Positions 1 through 11,215 of a stretch of DNA of 64,000 nucleotides are shown here, piece by piece. The stretch is from Alphaproteobacteria bacterium (GTDB lineage Bacteria > Pseudomonadota > Alphaproteobacteria > RF32 > CAG-239). The position numbers were made by a program, and so were the translations under genes. How positions within the stretch are numbered: position 1 is the stretch's first letter; the number at the start of each line of letters is the position of its first letter. Where the stretch lies: positions 4,061 through 68,060 of the forward strand of contig JAZKXV010000028.1 of assembly GCA_045611785.1 (NCBI GenBank), given 5' to 3'. Under the pieces are notes generated by a model that made no database searches, had not been told where the DNA came from, and worked only from the letters and a program-made list of their open reading frames with translations.

Positions 1-167
1 TAGTTACCTACATCAATTTTATAGAAGAATGGTTTATAATCAGGATATGATGTTGTGTATACCTTTAAACGAGAATTGTTATGATGTTCTGTGACTTGTG
101 CATACGTGGTTTTTTCAATAGAAAAAAACGTAATTAAAAAAACTACAATATGTAAAATTTTTTTCAT
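1..167 (-). CDS. N-terminal fragment of a secreted/periplasmic protein; the gene continues beyond the window start
   Basis: ATG at 167 (minus strand) preceded by an AAGAGG Shine-Dalgarno. N-terminus MKKILHIVVFLITFFSIEKTTYA is signal-peptide-like. The frame stays open to position 1. Confidence 0.4.
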   Translation of the reverse strand, partial: MKKILHIVVFLITFFSIEKTTYAQVTEHHNNSRLKVYTTSYPDYKPFFYKIDVGN

Positions 168-293
168 CTAAAACCTCTTCTTTTTCCATTATTTATATAA
201 ATATAAACAAATTGTGTTAAAAAGATTTTAACTAATTGAAATTTTCTTTTTTATTTGCAAATATTTTATAAAATTAAATATAAGCGTGCAAAT

Positions 294-1040
294 ATGAAAA
301 ATTATTTAATAGCAATATGTTCAGGAACTAAAGGAATAGGAAAAACATGGCTTAGTGTAAATTTAAGTCATGGGCTGAGTTTGTTGAAAAATAAAGTTTT
401 ATTTTTCGATGCTGATTGCGGTATAGAAAATATATCATATCAGTTAGGTTTTGAATTAAAAAAATCATATAAAACAATATTAAATGGTTCTACTACTATA
501 AATAATACAGTATTTAAATCTGATAAGTTAGGTTTTGATATTATAGGTACAGATTCTGGAGATGGTGTGTTAGCTTCAGCACCTATAGGAAGAGTTCAGG
601 TTTTTGCAAAAGATTTGCTATGTTTTTCAAAATATTATGATTACGTATTAATAGATTGTTCAGATGATGATATAAAAACAGCCAATAACTTTATTAGTAT
701 ATCTGATATGGTTATTGTTGTTGTTAATGCAGATTTATCATCAGCAGAAAGCGCTTATAAAAAAATTGAAAAATTGAAAAAAATAAACCCGAAAGCAAAC
801 ATAAAAATTGTTATTAACAGGGCTATTTCATATAATGAAGGAAATCAAATATACAAAACATTATTGAAAGCTGCTAAAGAATATATTAATATCGACTTAA
901 GTTTGCTCGGGGTTATAAGACAAGATACCAGAATAAGAGATTCTGTCTTAAATAAATCTTTATTGCTAAACAGATATCCCGCATCAGAAGGTGCAGAAGA
1001 TATTGTTAAATTATCACAAAAAATTTTGGAGGATTTTTAA
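294..1040 (+). CDS. P-loop NTPase of the ParA/MinD/CbiA-like superfamily
   Basis: Walker A GTKGIGKT near the N-terminus. Size (about 249 aa) and hydrophobic beta-strand pattern fit MinD/ParA-type ATPases. The internal Met at 294 is the likely start (MKNYLIAICSG). Confidence 0.5.
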   Translation: MKNYLIAICSGTKGIGKTWLSVNLSHGLSLLKNKVLFFDADCGIENISYQLGFELKKSYKTILNGSTTINNTVFKSDKLGFDIIGTDSGDGVLASAPIGRVQVFAKDLLCFSKYYDYVLIDCSDDDIKTANNFISISDMVIVVVNADLSSAESAYKKIEKLKKINPKANIKIVINRAISYNEGNQIYKTLLKAAKEYINIDLSLLGVIRQDTRIRDSVLNKSLLLNRYPASEGAEDIVKLSQKILEDF

Positions 1041-1041
1041 T

Positions 1042-2181
1042 ATGGTTTATGATGCATTAGGGTATTATAATATATTAGAAATAGATAACTTTACTGATGA
1101 GAAAAGTATAAAATTAAGTTATAGAGATAAAGCTAAATTTTGGCATCCTGACCATAATACAGACGAAAAAGCTTTAGAGGTTTTTCAAAAACTTTCTGTT
1201 GCTTATGATGTGTTAAAAGATACTAAAACAAGAGTTATGTATGATTTACTATCTATGGTTTATACATCAAAAGATTTTCCGGATATGCAGACCCTTAAAA
1301 TATATAAAACAGAAGATGGTGAAGAAAATCCATTTTTGAGAGTTTTTAGTTTATTAAAATACACAAAAGGAAAATTTAAGAATAATAAAATAGTTGCATC
1401 ATATGAAGATGCTATAAAAATAATTGGTGATGTTTCAAAAAACAATATGCTTAAAGGTTGGTTAAAACCATCAGAAAATATAAAAGCATTAAAATATAAT
1501 ATGGAAAATATAAATAAAAATAAAGAAGATAACTTTAAAATGCTTATTCACAATGCTGTGGCATATTTTAAAGAAGATAAAAAAGATAAATCTTATATCA
1601 GTGCAAAACAGTCTCTTCTTTATGCTGACAGAGAGCAATCTGAAATGCTTGTTTCTTTTTTTAATTTACTGCCAACGGTTAATTATGTTGATAAATTTTG
1701 GGATTTTGAATACTTAAAAAAAATACAATTAAGTATTCCTATAAAATTTATTACAATTGTAATATTGTTTTTTGTATTAAGCGGTGCTTTTGTTTTTAGT
1801 AATTTTTTGAAAAAAATATCAATTGATGAAAATAAAATAAATTATTATCAAGAAGTTAGGTTTAATACAGGGCTTAAAACAGTTGATGATATGGTTCTAT
1901 CAAAAGTTTTTAATATACCGGTTGATTATGATGATAAAATGATTTTCCATATAACATCTTCAGTAAATATCATGCATGGCCCTGCAGATGATTTTGATGT
2001 ATTGGTTAAATCTGTTAAAAATCAGACAGTCAGAATTACAGGATATACACCTGATAAAGAGTGGTATAGAGTGATGATTGATGATGGTAATATGGGATTT
2101 GTAAGAAAAAAATATCTTAAAAAAGGTGTAGGTAATCAGATACCTGAAAAAAGTAAAATAATAAAACGAGATGAGAGGTAG
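1042..2181 (+). CDS. DnaJ (J-domain) membrane protein with a C-terminal SH3b-like domain
   Basis: J-domain with an HPD motif (FWHPDHN...AYDVLKD). A central hydrophobic helix ITIVILFFVLSGAFVF. C-terminus VRITGYTPDKEWYRVMIDDGNMGFVRKKYL resembles bacterial SH3. GGAGGA Shine-Dalgarno 8 nt upstream of the ATG at 1042. Confidence 0.6.
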   Translation: MVYDALGYYNILEIDNFTDEKSIKLSYRDKAKFWHPDHNTDEKALEVFQKLSVAYDVLKDTKTRVMYDLLSMVYTSKDFPDMQTLKIYKTEDGEENPFLRVFSLLKYTKGKFKNNKIVASYEDAIKIIGDVSKNNMLKGWLKPSENIKALKYNMENINKNKEDNFKMLIHNAVAYFKEDKKDKSYISAKQSLLYADREQSEMLVSFFNLLPTVNYVDKFWDFEYLKKIQLSIPIKFITIVILFFVLSGAFVFSNFLKKISIDENKINYYQEVRFNTGLKTVDDMVLSKVFNIPVDYDDKMIFHITSSVNIMHGPADDFDVLVKSVKNQTVRITGYTPDKEWYRVMIDDGNMGFVRKKYLKKGVGNQIPEKSKIIKRDER

Positions 2182-2184
2182 TAA

Positions 2185-3311
<1,127 letters not shown>

Positions 3312-3312
<1 letters not shown>

Positions 3313-4262
3313 TGGAGAAAAGTTGTTTAAATAAAGAAGAAGTTTTTGATACTTTTATTGAACAAAATAAAGAAGAAGGTATTAGAGTTTTTGTTGCAGG
3401 CGGTTCCAGAGCCGGAAACGATACAATATATGAAGAAGAGGCTTATAATTTAGGACGCCAAATTATAAAAATGGATTTTAAACTTGATTTTGGTTTATCT
3501 AATAAAGGCATTATGGGTGCTGTTGCAAGAGGTGTTGTAGATAAGTGGAAAGAAAAACGCTGTTCTGATAAGAGTTATCCTATTCAAGGTATTACAACTG
3601 AAGAATATTATCGTTTATATCCTTCTGATGATGAATTAATAAAGAAAACAGATGTTATTGTTGCAAAAACACTTGAAGAAAGAAAACAAAAGCTTTTAGC
3701 TGCTGATTTTGTTGTTTTTGCTCCAGGTGGTGTAGGAACTTTAGATGAATTGGCTTACGATTGTGTTGCTATGCAAGATGGTTTATTACCTATTAAACCT
3801 TTTATTATCTACAACGTTAACGGTTTCTTCCATCATTTGTTAGAATTCTTAAAAGCTATTAGTGCTACAGGTTTTGCTGATCCGATACCTTTTATTGTTG
3901 TTGATAACAATGAAGAATTGGAAATTGCTTTTAGACTGTTAAAAATAAGGTACAATAAGTGTGAAAATTCTAAGCAAGCATATGCAAATGCACGTCAGCT
4001 TGTTTATGAACTTCCTTATTTTTATAAGAAAAAATCACTGAAAAATATTTTTGTTGAAGATATTTGGGAAGAAATGCAAAACATACGAACAAATGCTAGT
4101 GAACAAGAAAATAAAATACTTGATGAAGAAATTGAAACGGCATATTTGGAAAAAGAAATTGAACGTATGTATGATAGACTTGCAAAGACCGGAAAAGATA
4201 CAGCTATTGTAAGCGATAAACTTACCAGATTAAAAGCAAGAAAGAAAAAAGTGCTTAAATAA
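3312..4262 (+). CDS. LOG-family (TIGR00730, cytokinin riboside 5-prime-monophosphate phosphoribohydrolase-like) protein with a long C-terminal coiled-coil extension
   Basis: PGGxGTxxE motif (FAPGGVGTLDE) and GGSRAGND. The start overlaps the tgt stop (TAATG). Confidence 0.65.
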
Positions 4263-4267
4263 TAGAA

Positions 4268-4297
4268 AAAAGAGAGCTTTTAATAGCTCTCTTTTTT
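4268..4297. terminator. bidirectional intrinsic terminator between the convergent LOG gene and nadE
   Basis: Perfect hairpin AAAGAGAGCT-TTTAAT-AGCTCTCTTT flanked by A/T runs. Confidence 0.7.
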
Positions 4298-4303
4298 ATT
4301 GTT

Positions 4304-5077
4304 TTATAAAATATGCGGAAGTTGTTTTCTCTTAAATTCTGTATTATGAAACCTATCAATTACCCAATTAACAGTGCTTTCATCATAGTTTTTCTCCATT
4401 ATCTGTTCTTTAGTTAGTTTTTCATCAATATACAGTTTTAATATTTTATCTAAAATAGGGTAGGCAGGAAGAGTGTTTTCATCTTTTTGATTTAATGCGA
4501 GCTCTGCACTTGGGGCTCTTACAATTACTTCAGATGGTAAAACTCTGTTCAATGAATTTCTATATTTTGCCAATTCAAAAATATCAGATTTGTAAATATT
4601 TCCGATAGGTGAAAAAGCTCCGCAAGTATCGCCGTAAATAGTAAAATATCCGGTTAAAATTTCTGATTTATTAGAACAAGATAATACAACACCACCAAAC
4701 TGATTTGACCAAGCCATTAAAATTTTTGATCTAGCTCTAGCTTGCAGGTTTTCCAGTACAATATTTTGAGGTTCTTCATTAAATAAATCATTTAAATACA
4801 CTGTTTCAGCATCTATTAAATTTTGAATATCTGTTTCGTGATAATTTAAGTTATTTAATTTAGAAATTTCTCTGGCTATATCTAAGCTCAAAGGTGATGT
4901 ATATTTTGTTCTCATCATAATTGCAGTAACATTTTCTCCACCTAAAACATCTGCTGCTAATACTGCGGTGATTGCAGAATCAATACCACCGGAAAGTCCT
5001 AAAATGATTTTTTTAAACCCGTTTTCAGTACAATGTTTTTTAAATTTTTCTTTTAATTCATACCACAATTTTTCCAT
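4304..5077 (-). CDS. nadE: NH3-dependent NAD+ synthetase
   Basis: PP-loop SGGIDS. Length and sequence are typical of single-domain NadE. Confidence 0.85.
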   Translation of the reverse strand: MEKLWYELKEKFKKHCTENGFKKIILGLSGGIDSAITAVLAADVLGGENVTAIMMRTKYTSPLSLDIAREISKLNNLNYHETDIQNLIDAETVYLNDLFNEEPQNIVLENLQARARSKILMAWSNQFGGVVLSCSNKSEILTGYFTIYGDTCGAFSPIGNIYKSDIFELAKYRNSLNRVLPSEVIVRAPSAELALNQKDENTLPAYPILDKILKLYIDEKLTKEQIMEKNYDESTVNWVIDRFHNTEFKRKQLPHIL

Positions 5078-5079
5078 TT

Positions 5080-6555
5080 TTATCTTTCCTTTGCTTGGTG
5101 TTGTTTTATTAAATCCTGTTGAAGATTATATAAATTTTGTTCTAAGCCTACTCCGTAAACGTGAGGATTAGCAAGTCTTTTGTAAGAGTTATCTAATTTA
5201 TCTAAATTTCGTAAAGTTTCAGCTCTGATTTGTTTTAAGCTTAAATCTAAATCTTGTCCTACAATATATCCGCCGGACATAATCGGTTTTAATAAAGTAT
5301 AAGCTTGTTCACCTTGTTCAAAATAAATATTTTCCGTAGTGTTTGAATTTAGACGATAAGATTTTATTCCTCTTGTAAGTTTGTTATCATAAACTAAATT
5401 TTCTCCTGAGCGTGTTATTATATCTCCTTCATATTTTCCGTTTTTTATAATACGAATAACATTTGTTGCACCCGGAATGGTTGTTTTTCCTTCAGCTATT
5501 TTTATTTTTGGATCTGATTTATAAGATTTTGTTTTAAAAACACCTCCTAAAGCAGGTGTATCATAGGCTGTAACAAGTTTTGTACCTGCTGCAAAAATAT
5601 CAATAGGAGCTTTTTGAACCATAATTAAATTTTCAATTAAATGTTCGTCTAAATCGTTTGAAACAACGATTTTAACATTAGGCATATCAGCTTCATCAAA
5701 CATTTTACGAGCTTCTTTTGACCAATAAGCTAAATCACCTGAATCTATACGAATTCCTTGCAATTCAATACCTGTTTCTTTAGATGCTTTAATAGCATTT
5801 TTTATACCCTGTCTTGTATCGTAAGTATCAACCAATAAAGTTGTATTTGATTTTGATGCTCTCATATAAGCTTTAAAAGCATCAAGCTCATCTTCATAAC
5901 TCATTATAAAAGAGTGAGCCATTGTTCCTTTTGCTTTTATACCATAATATCTTGCCGCAGCAACATTAGACGTTCCTACACAACCACCAATATAAGATGC
6001 TCTGGTAGGTAAAAAACATCCCATATCTTGAGAACGTCTTAAACCAAACTCTAAAACGGGGCGTTTAATACCATCTAAAGAAGCAGCTGTTACCATTCTT
6101 GATGCTTTTGTTGCAATAAGGCTTTGAGCGTTAAAGATGTTTAAAAATGCGGCTTCTACCATATCAACTTGCCAACAAGGTCCGCTAACACTTAAAACAG
6201 GTTCGTTAGGAAATATTATTTCTCCTTCTGGAACCGCGTTAATGTTTAATTTTAATCGCTGTCCGTTAATAAAGTTTAAGAACTTTTTATCAAACATTTC
6301 AGTACCATCAGCATTTTTTATAGTGCTTAAATAATCTACATCTTTTTGAGAAATATGCCAATTATCCAACCATTCAACAAATTCTTGTAAACCTGCGCTT
6401 ATTACATAACTTCCGCCAAAAGGGCATCTTCTGAAAAAAGCTTCAGATGTTTTGTTTTCAAGGTGCTTATTGTCATTAAACCATGCTTGAGCCATTGTTA
6501 AATGATATAAATCGCAATAAAAAGGTGTTCCGGATTGTAAAATATCGTTTCTCAT
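5080..6555 (-). CDS. pncB: nicotinate phosphoribosyltransferase (long form)
   Basis: NAPRTase family similarity over the full 491 aa. Lies between nadE and a nicotinamidase. Confidence 0.75.
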   Translation of the reverse strand: MRNDILQSGTPFYCDLYHLTMAQAWFNDNKHLENKTSEAFFRRCPFGGSYVISAGLQEFVEWLDNWHISQKDVDYLSTIKNADGTEMFDKKFLNFINGQRLKLNINAVPEGEIIFPNEPVLSVSGPCWQVDMVEAAFLNIFNAQSLIATKASRMVTAASLDGIKRPVLEFGLRRSQDMGCFLPTRASYIGGCVGTSNVAAARYYGIKAKGTMAHSFIMSYEDELDAFKAYMRASKSNTTLLVDTYDTRQGIKNAIKASKETGIELQGIRIDSGDLAYWSKEARKMFDEADMPNVKIVVSNDLDEHLIENLIMVQKAPIDIFAAGTKLVTAYDTPALGGVFKTKSYKSDPKIKIAEGKTTIPGATNVIRIIKNGKYEGDIITRSGENLVYDNKLTRGIKSYRLNSNTTENIYFEQGEQAYTLLKPIMSGGYIVGQDLDLSLKQIRAETLRNLDKLDNSYKRLANPHVYGVGLEQNLYNLQQDLIKQHQAKER

Positions 6556-6557
6556 AA

Positions 6558-7178
6558 TTAAAATCCTTTCTGATGTACTAAGTTATGTTCTATTTTTTTA
6601 TCTAAAAGAGATTGCCTAAAAAATTGTGCTGAGGTAATGCTTTTTAATTTTCCATTTTCAATAAAATCTTTAAAATCAGGATGTTCTAAAATATCGCTTA
6701 TTTGAGCATTTAATCCTTTACATAAGTCTTCTATTACAATTACGTTAGCATCTCTTTTTAAAAGACCTTTCATTGCTTGGTAAACGCAAACTTCACTTAA
6801 TACTCCGCATAAATAAACATCTTTATCTTTCCAATCTTGAGATAAAATTTCGTAGGCGTTTTTTTCATTCCATATATTTGTGGTAGATTTGAAAATTTTT
6901 ATGTTTTCAATATTTTCTTTTAATGGTGCTGCTGAATGCCATCCCCATGAACCGAATATACAATGAGGAGGGAAGTTTTGAGATTCTAAAGTATGGTTAT
7001 ATGTTTCTTGAAAGTGTGTATCATATGAATCAATAATGGTATTAAACATGCCTTTTTGTAATGAATTTGCAAACTTTTGATGTCTGTATATTAAATCATT
7101 ATCAGCTATGGTTAGTTTTCCTTGCGGATGAACAAAGTCGTTTTGAAAATCTATCCGCATTAAAATACGTTCTGTCAT
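6558..7178 (-). CDS. pncA: isochorismatase-family hydrolase, probably nicotinamidase
   Basis: Cysteine-hydrolase fold motifs (D...K...C: LCGVLSEVCV). Placed in the NAD salvage cluster. Confidence 0.6.
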   Translation of the reverse strand: MTERILMRIDFQNDFVHPQGKLTIADNDLIYRHQKFANSLQKGMFNTIIDSYDTHFQETYNHTLESQNFPPHCIFGSWGWHSAAPLKENIENIKIFKSTTNIWNEKNAYEILSQDWKDKDVYLCGVLSEVCVYQAMKGLLKRDANVIVIEDLCKGLNAQISDILEHPDFKDFIENGKLKSITSAQFFRQSLLDKKIEHNLVHQKGF

Positions 7179-7264
7179 TTTTATTCCCTTTTCAGGCTTA
7201 TTTAGGTTTATTTTACATCTGTCTTCTATAAGCCCTTCAGAAGACGCAGATGTTTTTTTAATAA

Positions 7265-7807
7265 TTAAACTATCGCTTTTTTACGATAAAAATTATCTTC
7301 AATTATTTGGTGGTTTTGCGGATGTATAAAATTTTTCCATCTGTTGTCACCAAATTTTATCATATCTCTTATCATTGTTCCTGTTACAAACGGAAAATCA
7401 GGATTGGTTCTATCAACCAATTCTATAGATTTGAAACAATCTTTAAACCAGTGCGAATCGTAAGAACTGCCGGCAAAATAAACATCAGGAATTGGTAAAT
7501 CAGGTAATGTTTCAGATATAAAATCTATTACATATTCTCCCCATTCTGCAGGATTATTAATATCAAAAAGACCAATGATTTTTAAACGCTCATAATCAGG
7601 ATTTGAACGGTATATATTTTGAATCATCTTTTTTCTTGTTGTATAGTTTAACGGGTTTCTTGAAGTTCCATGCTCTTGGATAGAGCCTAAAATTATGGTA
7701 ACTTTTTCACACATAGAAAGCATTGTATCAATTATTTTTGCGTGACCGATATGAAACGGTTGAGCTCGCATAATGCTTAGACCATGTTTATATTTATATT
7801 CAGTCAT
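7265..7807 (-). CDS. nicotinamide/nicotinate-mononucleotide adenylyltransferase, archaeal NadM-type cytidylyltransferase fold
   Basis: N-terminal (H/T)xGH motif MRAQPFHIGH and about 180 aa, typical of NadM-like NMNAT. Confidence 0.6.
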   Translation of the reverse strand: MTEYKYKHGLSIMRAQPFHIGHAKIIDTMLSMCEKVTIILGSIQEHGTSRNPLNYTTRKKMIQNIYRSNPDYERLKIIGLFDINNPAEWGEYVIDFISETLPDLPIPDVYFAGSSYDSHWFKDCFKSIELVDRTNPDFPFVTGTMIRDMIKFGDNRWKNFIHPQNHQIIEDNFYRKKAIV

Positions 7808-7960
7808 AAAAAAACTCCTTTTATAGGAGCCGACATTAATTGCAATAAATATATTGCAACAAAAACAACCTCGGCTCGGTTTATATAAGTTCTTCGCTTA
7901 TAAGCCCTAAAAGCGACAAGAACAATTGTAATATAGCATAAAGTTTTAAAATGTCAACAA

Positions 7961-8899
7961 TTAACTCTGAAATAAAAATCTTGAGGCTTCCATTGCAGCC
8001 ATAGCACCGCTTCCGGCAGCTGTAATTGCTTGTCTGAAACGAGGGTCTTTTACGTCGCCTGCAGCAAAAACACCATCAATATTTGTTTGTGTACTGTCAG
8101 GCAGTGTTTTTATATAACCTGTTTCATCTAAATTGATATATTCTTTAAAAATTTCGGTGTTTGGTTTATGTCCGATAGCTATAAAAACACCATTAACATT
8201 TATACTTTCAACAGCATCTGTTTTTACATTTTTAATTGATATACCAGTAACAGTTTTGGGAGTGTCTGTTCCTATTATATCTTTTAAAACACTGTTCCAT
8301 AAAATTGTAATTTTAGAATTTTCTCTTAAACGTTTTTGCATTACGGAATCTGCTCTTAAAACATCTCTACGATGTATTAAAATTACTTTAGATGCAAACT
8401 TTGTAAGGTGGAGAGCTTCTTCTGCTGCTGAATTTCCACCACCGACAACAGCAACTGTTTTATTTTTGTAAAAAAATCCATCGCATGTTGCGCAAGCTGA
8501 AACACCAAAACCAATATATTTTTTTTCAGAATCTAAATCTAACCACTTTGCAGAAGATCCTGTGGCAATTATAATAGAATCAGCTATATAAGAATTTCCA
8601 CGTTCTGAGCTTAAAACAAATGGACGATTAGAAAAATCTACTTCATTGATTTTATCGTCTATAATTTCTACACCAGAATTTATGGCTTGAATACGCATAT
8701 TTTCCATTAATTCATTTCCGCTTATCGGATCTGTAAATCCTGGGAAATTTTCTATGACCGATGTCATTGTAAGTTGTCCGCCAACTTGATTTCCTGAAAC
8801 CAAAATCGGATTTAATCCTGCACGAGCAGCATATATTCCAGCAGTATAACCGGCAGGACCTGAGCCAATAATGATTAATTTTGATATATATTCAGCCAT
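7961..8899 (-). CDS. trxB: thioredoxin reductase
   Basis: FAD motif GSGPAGYTAG, redox-active CATC, NADPH motif GGGNSA. Confidence 0.9.
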   Translation of the reverse strand: MAEYISKLIIIGSGPAGYTAGIYAARAGLNPILVSGNQVGGQLTMTSVIENFPGFTDPISGNELMENMRIQAINSGVEIIDDKINEVDFSNRPFVLSSERGNSYIADSIIIATGSSAKWLDLDSEKKYIGFGVSACATCDGFFYKNKTVAVVGGGNSAAEEALHLTKFASKVILIHRRDVLRADSVMQKRLRENSKITILWNSVLKDIIGTDTPKTVTGISIKNVKTDAVESINVNGVFIAIGHKPNTEIFKEYINLDETGYIKTLPDSTQTNIDGVFAAGDVKDPRFRQAITAAGSGAMAAMEASRFLFQS

Positions 8900-8957
8900 T
8901 TTTATCTCCTATTACGAAAAATAAAATAATCTATAAATTTTGTTTTTGCAAGTATAA

Positions 8958-8990
8958 ACCCCCTTTAAAACCAACGGTTTAAAGGGGGGG
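8958..8990 (-). terminator. intrinsic terminator downstream of the large membrane-protein gene
   Basis: Hairpin CCCCCTTTAAA-CCAACGG-TTTAAAGGGGGG followed by a T-rich tract on the minus strand. Confidence 0.6.
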
Positions 8991-9045
8991 ATAAATTACA
9001 GATTTATTTTTTCAATTTCTTTACAAATATATCCAAAGGTGTTTT

Positions 9046-11127
9046 TTACATCAATGCGTGTTCAAGTTCTTTTGCTATATCCAATATGTATGATTTTTTA
9101 TTATAATCATTCTTAGAATATAAAACATCAAGCTCTAAAGCATAAATATTTGCTTGTTGATTTGTAAATTCTTGAGAAATTGAAATGATTTGAATATTTT
9201 TTTCAAGATACTGTTTTAAATTTTCAGCCTCTTTTGTTTTGCTCTTGATTAAGCCATTTTTATTGCTGAATAATGAAGAATATTCATATATAGCCAAAAT
9301 TGTTGCTGCAATTAAGATAGCAGTTATTAAGTGAACATAAATGCTCATTATCAAAATTGACATACATACAAAAATAGCAGCTAAAATTTTAACAATAACA
9401 GATAATATTTTTGAGCTGAATTTTCTTCTTAATATATAAGTGTAGAAAGCCACACTTAAAGTTGATGAAAATAAAACGATTGCTGTTTGCCATGAATTTA
9501 TACCAATAAATGATATAGCTGCTTCTGTTAAAATAAGCATACTTACACTAAAGAATAAATAACTTAAATTTAATTTAAGATTTAGCCTTTTAACAGATTT
9601 TAATATGTTTGTTTTTAAATCATTATAAGCTCTTTTGAACTTTAATGTGTTAGCAGAAGAAACGCTTATAACAGAATCGTGTTTTAAAAACAAATTGTTT
9701 AAAACTTTCTTATCACCCTTGGTTAAGTTTGGCATATGATCTGTCTTTTTTATGATAATTATTTTTCCATCTTGTTTTTGAATGTCTATATATTGTTTTT
9801 TTCTTAAGTCAATTAAGAAAGACACAAAAGATTTTGTATCAAAAATGTTTTTAAGGAAATATCTCATAGCTGGTGCAGAATTTTTAAAAGATACAGACAT
9901 CTTTGTTTTGTTCTTTTTAATATATTTCCAAGATATCATATAAGAAATAATGATGGCTGATAAACCTATTAATATGAAAAGAATGTCTCCATAGTCGTTT
10001 ATAAACCAAGCAAAGCTACGATTAAAATCAGGTGATAGGAAAACATTTTTATCTAAAGATAACAACACATGCATGTTTTCACCAGGAAGAAGAGGTTCAA
10101 CAGATGTAACACCTAAAGCATGATTAGCTAGCTTAAAAATGTTAGATTTATGAGGTGTAAGTTTGTTAGAAAAACCTGATAATACACTTTGTGATAAAAA
10201 GGTTTTTCCATCAGGGATAGATATAATAGCGTTTGCAGAGCCTATAACTAAGTTAAAGTAACCACCGCTGATATCCCAATAAAATTCAGTAAAGTCATCG
10301 TAATACCATAATTTTCTATCTAAAATGTAACTGAATTTGTAATTATAAACACCAGGTGTTAAAGTATATTTTTCTTTTGGTTTTATATATATTTTATCAC
10401 CTATTTCTTCCAAAATATGAGGAACAATTTCATCATTTATTGATACACTTAATAGATCTATATCTATTTTTTTACGAACCTTCGAACGAGATGTTGAAAA
10501 CTTAGGTAATATTTTAATTAAACCGTTTTGTAATTTTTTTCCGTTTGCCACAACCGTAATTTCTTCATCAATATGAATAAGACCGCTAGGTAACATATTA
10601 ATTGTTGTTAATATGTAAGGTATATGTTCTACAGCAGGAGCAATAATTTTATTTCCGGTAGGTAGCGTAACGTTTACCACAGCAAAATCAGGGGTTAAAT
10701 TTTCAATTTTAAAATCATTGACTTTTTGAGTATAAAAAGTGGTTGTGGAAGGTTTAGCAGAACCATTGTCTTCTTTAGCTATTCTATTCATAGCTTCATC
10801 GTATATTTTTTCAAAAGTAGATTTGTTTTGTTCTTGTAATTCCTGAATATATTCTTTTGAGTGCATAATATCCATGGTTCCGACTTTAGTTAAATCTCCC
10901 ATTTCTTTAGCTGTTGATACGTTTGCTGTTTGAAAACGTTTTTTAAAAAAACTGATAACTTCTTCTAAGTTGTTTGGATCAGGCAAACCTTCATTCGGGT
11001 TAGTATATTGCAAGTCCTTAGGTTGCTTACTGTTTAAGGCAGCATCTTCTAACGTTGTTACAGCAGCATTTGTATTTATAGATATAAAAAATACACTGAA
11101 ATAAATTGCAAAAAAAATTTTTCTCAT
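9046..11127 (-). CDS. large exported membrane protein of unknown function (signal peptide, big extracytoplasmic domain, C-terminal multi-TM region; DUF2207-like architecture)
   Basis: The start is probably the Met at 11127 (MRKIFFAIYFSVFFISINTNA signal peptide), not the longer ORF. At least four hydrophobic helices in the last ~250 aa. Confidence 0.55.
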   Translation of the reverse strand: MRKIFFAIYFSVFFISINTNAAVTTLEDAALNSKQPKDLQYTNPNEGLPDPNNLEEVISFFKKRFQTANVSTAKEMGDLTKVGTMDIMHSKEYIQELQEQNKSTFEKIYDEAMNRIAKEDNGSAKPSTTTFYTQKVNDFKIENLTPDFAVVNVTLPTGNKIIAPAVEHIPYILTTINMLPSGLIHIDEEITVVANGKKLQNGLIKILPKFSTSRSKVRKKIDIDLLSVSINDEIVPHILEEIGDKIYIKPKEKYTLTPGVYNYKFSYILDRKLWYYDDFTEFYWDISGGYFNLVIGSANAIISIPDGKTFLSQSVLSGFSNKLTPHKSNIFKLANHALGVTSVEPLLPGENMHVLLSLDKNVFLSPDFNRSFAWFINDYGDILFILIGLSAIIISYMISWKYIKKNKTKMSVSFKNSAPAMRYFLKNIFDTKSFVSFLIDLRKKQYIDIQKQDGKIIIIKKTDHMPNLTKGDKKVLNNLFLKHDSVISVSSANTLKFKRAYNDLKTNILKSVKRLNLKLNLSYLFFSVSMLILTEAAISFIGINSWQTAIVLFSSTLSVAFYTYILRRKFSSKILSVIVKILAAIFVCMSILIMSIYVHLITAILIAATILAIYEYSSLFSNKNGLIKSKTKEAENLKQYLEKNIQIISISQEFTNQQANIYALELDVLYSKNDYNKKSYILDIAKELEHALM

Positions 11128-11215
11128 AAAGATATTCCTAGTATTAACAAATAAAACATATTTTGTATTATATAATACAGATATTAAGAAAAAATAAAAT
11201 ACAAGGAGAAAGTTT

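Noticed and set aside
8133-8471. 112-aa + strand ORF
   Set aside because: It is entirely antisense to the well-supported trxB gene and is an AT-rich antisense artefact.
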